From contig JAYWIR010000001.1 of the NCBI GenBank assembly GCA_036172245.1, positions 7,254,001 to 7,318,000 of the forward strand: 64,000 bases of DNA, written 5' to 3'. Positions 58,170-64,000 of the stretch are shown here, in pieces; the first letter of the stretch is position 1, and each line of letters begins with the position of its first letter. Made by a program: the position numbers and the translations under genes. The notes under the pieces are model-generated. The model saw nothing but the letters and a program-made list of their open reading frames with translations. It did not search any database and was not told the origin of the DNA. The stretch is from Raillietiella orientalis (lineage: Eukaryota).

Positions 58170-59230
58170 CATGGGGAAAGTGCTTATGAAACAGTAGTAA
58201 CAGGCGATGTTACTGAAAAGGAAACGGAAACGAAACTTAATCTGACAGACAGGAGTTAAAATCAAACGAAACCAAAACACAATTCAAGGATGGTTACATT
58301 CATTAGTTTAGATGTTTGAAGATTTTAAAAATGAAAACAACGGAAAGTCTTAGACAGCTCATAATTTCAACAGGATTGTGATACGTAAATAAAGTTCTAT
58401 TTTATAAACTGAAACAAGAAGTATCAAACATTCTATAAGAATTGTGTTCTGGGGTGTTAATAAATCACCTCATAATCTGAGTGTCCACGGCTTTGTGAGT
58501 TGGTTTCTGTATCAAACGACGAAAACATTTGAGTGCAAAAAACATCTTTGAGTATTCTTCCGTAAGTAGATAAAGACATTTTAATACTAATCACCTCGAG
58601 ATGATACAGTATGCTTATACATAATTGGATATTCTCCTCAGCACGGCATTACCAAGATTCTAAACTGTCAGATGCAGAATATATAAATGTTTTCATCTAT
58701 GAAGCTATAACTTTCCATGTAAGTGTTAAAGGCAATCTCACCTCATGGGAGACGCATATTGCTATTTCATATAGATTTGTAATTTATAGACAATTATAAT
58801 TCACATTTGATTATTATCATTATTAAAGGAACCGACTGATTATACCAACATTATCCTGACGTTGCGATTCCAATGTTACACATTTAACCATCATGATGCT
58901 TTCATACCTGAAAATTCAAGAAAAGCTGTAAAATTCTTTCTCACTCGCAAACTGAACGTACAAATGCTATAGCACTTGAGATTTTATCATTACATCCCTT
59001 ATTATTCATAGTAATTTTGCATTGCGAATGGATTTGTCGTCATTCTTTGTTGCTTATGAAAATGCTTATTCTTCGTGGAAACCTTTTTAGGGAAATTGGG
59101 TTGAAATGCATTTTGAAGAGCTCTTCTTGTCGAAGAAAACCAACTTCACAGAATGGTAACACAGACTCTTTATAATGACTTTTTTTTAGGACAGACTTTT
59201 ACTACATATGTCTACACCTGACTTGCATAA

Positions 59231-59880
59231 TACAATAGAGATAATGAAACATGAAAGTGTAAGCTTTTGATTTAATTCATTTCTTCCACTAAAGTAAGAA
59301 TCACACTGCTGCTTTAGCAGGATACAGTGTAATTGAAAACTAATACCATTTAGCAATTTAATGTTTAAACAAAAAGAACTTAGGTTATTTATAATTTTCT
59401 CTCATCATAGTCGAATTCATAGGCATGTTCTTGAATAACTCCAGTTTTTTCCACAGCCCTTAGTTCAGGAAGCATCAGCTTCATGGATTCGATTCAAAAT
59501 TTAAATTCATTCCTTACGTCCAGAATCTAATCTCAAAAATTCGTAAAATTTTCGTAATAATTGGTTATTTGTCTTTGATAACACTGCTAACACCAAGAAG
59601 ACTGACGGAGTCTCCTGGATGCGTTATGTCTATATAAGTGACTATCCACGTCTTCACACAATTACGCAAACCAAGACCTGTTTCATTAAAGTTATGTTCG
59701 AGAACACTCCAGTTAGCAGCCGTAAATTAACCCAATTCGGCACAGAGGATATATTAAAGAAGTTTTGAGAGTGATTTTCTTTGACCTGATAAAATGCTGG
59801 CAGAGATCCGTGATAAAACGAAGAATCCTGCGACTTTTGAGATATTGCCAAACGAGGAATTTCTAAATGTACAATCAACC
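59231..59880 (+). pseudogene. Tentative heavily decayed NB-ARC/STAND NTPase sequence
   Basis: Ordered motif relics: NRDNE (59234), AALAGYSVIEN*YHLAI (degenerate GxxGIGKTxLA, 59308-59358), NNWLFVFDN (Walker B-like, 59556-59582), IHVF-TIT-NQDL (59644-59680), TLQLAA...DILKK. P-loop to Walker B spacing is ~80 codons. Confidence 0.42.
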
Positions 59881-60021
59881 CTATTTGCGAACAATCACAG
59901 GAAGTAGCTAAACGCCATAAATATTAGGAAGGCTGTATGAAAAAAGATCATAAAACATGATTGAGGAAAGCATAATAAGATTTCGATGTTTTGAACTGAG
60001 ATTTCAGTACTTTCGAAAGTA

Positions 60022-60087
60022 TTGGGATTTATTATATATAGTATTGGCTATTTAGAAACTGTTGGGATTTATACACAGTATTGGCTA
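60022..60087 (+). repeat. Short imperfect tandem duplication (~40-bp unit)
   Basis: ttgggatttat...agtattggctat occurs twice (60022-60051 and 60062-60087). Confidence 0.7.
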
Positions 60088-63000
60088 TACAGTTTGTTCG
60101 AAAACGAATTCCCTGGATAAGTCCCTGATTCCATGACAAGTCCAATTAGCAAGTAATCCACCCAGAAATATGAAAGGCGCAGGTTAAAGCTGCTGACATA
60201 ATTGCTCAGTTTCATCGATTCGTTCATCCTGCAATGCTCCCACCTGTCATGTCATTGAATGTTAAAACTCATTACCACCTCTAATAGAAAGCGAGTAATC
60301 GTTTCGATTCTCTTTGTGATATGGAAATCAATGGGCCCAAAATGAACTTGTTTTCGCTCAGTCTAAGGATGAAACGTGCCTAGGGAAAGCATACAAATGT
60401 CAAGGGATGGAAATGGAATAGTTATCTTGCATGCACATGGAAGGAAAGGTTCCAGACATTCATCGAGCAACCCTTCTCCCTCCCTAAACCGAAGTGCAAG
60501 GCTGGTCCAATGCCGTAGTAGTCAGCACCCCCGGGTACAAGCAAGAGCAGGATGGTCCGCTGCGTTGATGACCCGCAGCAGCGCAAGTGGTGATGGTTGC
60601 ATGCTGAGACGAGGTTTTCTGATCTTTTCTACTTTGGAATCACGAACTTTGCAAATTCGGATGCATTCCAATTAAGCATACACAGACACTTTAGGAGCTT
60701 TCTGTCTTCAGTCCGGGTCGCTTTACAGTTTTCTCGTGGCTCCACGTAATGCCAATTGCTTGCTGAAATGGAAAATGATGGCGGTTCCCAAAATATCCGA
60801 GCTTAAATCTTCCTTGGTTATCTAACTGTGATCGTTGTTGACTGCTTTCATCTACTGCACCAGGCAAATCAATCTGCTTCTTTTGCTTCCTCTGGAAAAA
60901 CAAGTAAAACTGAAAATGTCAGGAAGAACAATATTTTCGAAAAGCTACAAGTTTTGTTGACACATCTGCATTAAGATAATCGTATTCCAGAATTCACAAG
61001 GCAACAGTTATTATCAAATACAATGTTCATCATCAGTTATTAATTTCATTAGTATCTTGCCAATATTCATCCCCAAATTATGCAAAAGAAAATTATATAT
61101 ATATATTTTTTTGGTTTGTGTTATATTTAGTAGAGAAATTGTTTTAGCCAAGTAAACACAATTCATCAGGACTATGTTATCATGAATGGTTTCATCCAGC
61201 ACTTATGGATTTTCACCAGCTTTTTGAAGCTTGCAAATTTTGTGATCAATGGTATATTTTGGAAAAGATCACAGATTGATAAAACAATTGCGAATTTTCG
61301 CAAACATTACAGATTGCAAATTCACTATCCAGAACACCTGAAACCAGGCACAACTGAAGCATTTGAAGAGAGAGAGAGTGAGAGAAAAATGCTTTAATCG
61401 GAAAATTGCATAACAGACTTTACAATGGAAAATTTTCAGTTGTGCCTTCCACTAACCATTGCATGCATTTTGTGTTCCAACCTCCAACACATACAGTTCA
61501 CATTTGAAGATAAGCTTTCATCCTAGTGAAGTCTGCATGGTGTTAGTCACAAGGCTGCTATTGTGCACCTGAGTCATGAAAGTGAAGAATGTCAAAAATC
61601 GCTGCTGTATGCAAACTTTTTAAATCCTACATGTTACACATGCTTATTAAGGCTCCGATAAGATATTTTCTTGCATATTTTTGTGTACAATTAAACATGC
61701 CTAAACTGTTGCCTGGAAATCCAAGAGTTCCTGTTCAAATTCTATTAAATTCTGTGTGCTCCAAATGTGTTGCTACACCTTTCCTCACAGCAATTTCGAA
61801 ATTTCCTTGGCGAATCAAAACTCAAAAATGGTAAGTAAACCATAATAGAACATGATTTTCACTTCATCCATAAAATTTGAAATTTCATGAATGTGAGTTC
61901 ATCATTTGGCACAATGCATTCTGAATAGAAAAGAAGGTGAATTCACCAGCGTAACTTGCCAAAAAAAAAAAGTAAATTCAACAGTGTAATTTGCCAAAAG
62001 AAAAAAAAAAAAAAAAACTTGCTTGTTCAACTCATACTTCAAAAGACATCCAACAGCCGACATGGGAAAACCCGATATATTTTAAAGGAACCTGATCCAT
62101 CGACGCGTCACGTCCGTTTGTTGATACCAAAACCCGTTCATTATTTATATATTTGGAAAGTTTCAGAATATCCCGTAAGTGCCACAAATATTTCAAGCAG
62201 ACCCAACCAAGGAATTTTTACCTCGCTTTCAAATACATAACCCATTTTTGCATTGTTTTTCTAACGGAAAGCTTGATTATTTACATATGAATGTTAAAGC
62301 TCGATATTGTCTTTGACAGCGTTGCACACGTTTCCTGATGTAAATAAAATAAAGCATATGCAAAATAAAACGCATGTTTTCTTCAAGATAATGTCATGGA
62401 TTAATAAGCATGTTTTGAGTGTCAGTTTATACTTTATGTGTAAAGTTGCAGTTTTCATGTGATTTCTTGCAAGTCTGAAGGTCTGTTTAACATTGCAATA
62501 CATATTTAAAAATACTGTTCTGAAAAACAATGGAGTTTGTATAATTAATAGTTTGATGACGGTATCTACAAAGCTACAATTGCGACAAACCTTTCGAGGT
62601 ATTGAAAATACAAAACATTTATATGTAAGCATTTAGCTGCTGCGAATAATTTAAAATTTGTAGTCAAGGAAGAGTATACAGAATGTTCCTTTGATAATCC
62701 CTTCGGCGGGGATTTACTTTTGTGTCAGTAATTTTTATTTAGTAACTTGATTCCGATTTCTTTGTTTACAGTTAGAGAATTTTCATCGTGGGAGGGAAAA
62801 AGAGCAAAGATCTTAAAAAAACAAATGAAATTTATTTATCCGTATGAAAAATCACGATATTTCTGTTGAATTCACTATTTTATTATTATTCGAACGTGAA
62901 TAGTTTGTGGCGATTTTTGTTTAGAAAAAAATTACAATAAAGTCACCGTATTTGAAATACAAAGCTGGCAATCATGAATTATTCAACATGAGTCTTTTGT

Positions 63001-63505
63001 GTAGCAGGCACATCAAGGCTTTATTGCAGACAAATGCATTCAAGTGAAAAAAAAAGAAAAAAAGAAAAAAAAGAGGAAAGGTTGGTTACCAATAACAAAA
63101 AGTCAAAAGTGGAAAAAGTACTTGTTAAAATGTACAATCTATGGGGGGAGGGGGGGGGGGTTAGAATCGGAAACGCTTTTTTTTTTCCCTTTCTGCAATA
63201 TACACACGTACAAACGAAGAGTGTGTAACGCTTTTAACGGGGGGGGGGATGAAACGTTGCCGAGAACTTTCGTGTTGAATTCTATGCAGAGAGGCGGCAC
63301 TGTGCTTCCCCATTCATCAGGGAGTCCTCGTCGAGTTTTTGTTTGCAGAGTCCACGAACTCCTGCAGCAGAAAACTATTAATGGAATACGGTTCTTTGCG
63401 AAACTGCATACGTATTTATATTTCAGAGGCGTGCAGTGCGTCCGTGAGAAAGCCATTTGATGTAACTTAGTTTCCGGAGTGTGATCAGCAAACAGTTTTC
63501 AAGCA

Positions 63506-63626
63506 ATGGATCCCGAAATCATTTTAGAGATTGCTAACCAAGTAACTAAGCTTAAAATGTATCCTTACTTCGACATTGCCCATTGTGTCATTACTTGCAT
63601 ACATGTGCGTGAAGATTTAGGAAGTG
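63506..63626 (+). CDS. TMEM38: Trimeric intracellular cation channel (TRIC/TMEM38) first coding exon; the gene continues beyond the window
   Basis: MDPEIILEIANQVTKLKMYPYFDIAHCVITCIHVREDLGS matches the arthropod TRIC N-terminus as recalled (MDPE.FL.IANQV.KLKMFPYFDIAH...VREDLG). Donor TG|gtatgt; likely upstream acceptor tttcag|63427. Confidence 0.9.
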
Positions 63627-64000
63627 GTATGTTTCCAGCTTATGTTTTTTTCCCCCCCCCCTTCCAAACTGTTGTTGCACGGAGATTGTTTTTTTTTTTT
63701 TTTCCTGTGAGCAAAAGAGGAACAGGAAAGGGGGGTAAAACAAAAAAAAAAAAAAAAAAAAAAAGAGAGAAAAGAACAGAAAGGGAAAATGCATGGATTC
63801 GCAAGAAGCATGATGCTTTGCACCAGCACAAGCGTTTTTTCCATTAATTGGGTTAAAAATAGGATGACGCCTCTCTCGACTGTCTGTCTGTGTCTGTCTG
63901 TCGATGTTTTCTTCCGCCGTAGCCGGTAGAGTCGGTCGGATGCAGAGTGGGATGCAGGCAGGTCCGCGTCCTCGGATCTGGACCGAGGGAGCCGTGCGTG

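Noticed and set aside
1-64000. Prokaryotic systems (CRISPR arrays, operons, rRNA/tRNA genes)
   Set aside because: No regularly spaced repeats, cloverleafs or rRNA-like sequence were seen; the spliceosomal gene structures show this is eukaryotic nuclear DNA.

Overview
Eukaryotic genomic DNA from an invertebrate, most likely an arthropod (inferred from the Eaat1-like and TRIC-like peptides). Most ORF-track entries are spurious products of GC-rich, low-complexity sequence; the real genes are spliced. (1) A + strand SLC1-family excitatory amino acid transporter (Eaat1-like) has 9 core coding exons from 29054 to 45990 (530 aa). Several candidate phase-2 upstream exons (5282-5472, 14468-14665, 15496-15515, and a non-coding one ending at 27212) could splice onto the acceptor at 29026, so most of the first 29 kb may be its 5' region. 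(2) A complete 3-exon Ly6/uPAR (three-finger, quiver-like) gene for a 139-aa, probably GPI-anchored protein is nested antisense in transporter intron 3 (37752-33957). (3) TMEM69 (- strand, 54905-54225). (4) The first coding exon of a TRIC/TMEM38 channel (+, 63506-63626); TMEM69 and TRIC may share a divergent promoter near 55.5 kb. Mobile and relic DNA: a MITE-like element with 139-bp TIRs (11331-12444), a 5'-truncated L1/Tx1-like LINE with a 12-bp TSD (51499-52172), a decayed Tigger/pogo transposon (~56600-58169), a tentative KIN17-like pseudogene (~47.9-50.1 kb) and a tentative decayed NB-ARC/STAND NTPase (~59.2-59.9 kb). Composition shifts from GC/CpG-rich to AT-rich at ~47.4-50 kb. All homology calls come from motif recognition by eye; no database search was run.
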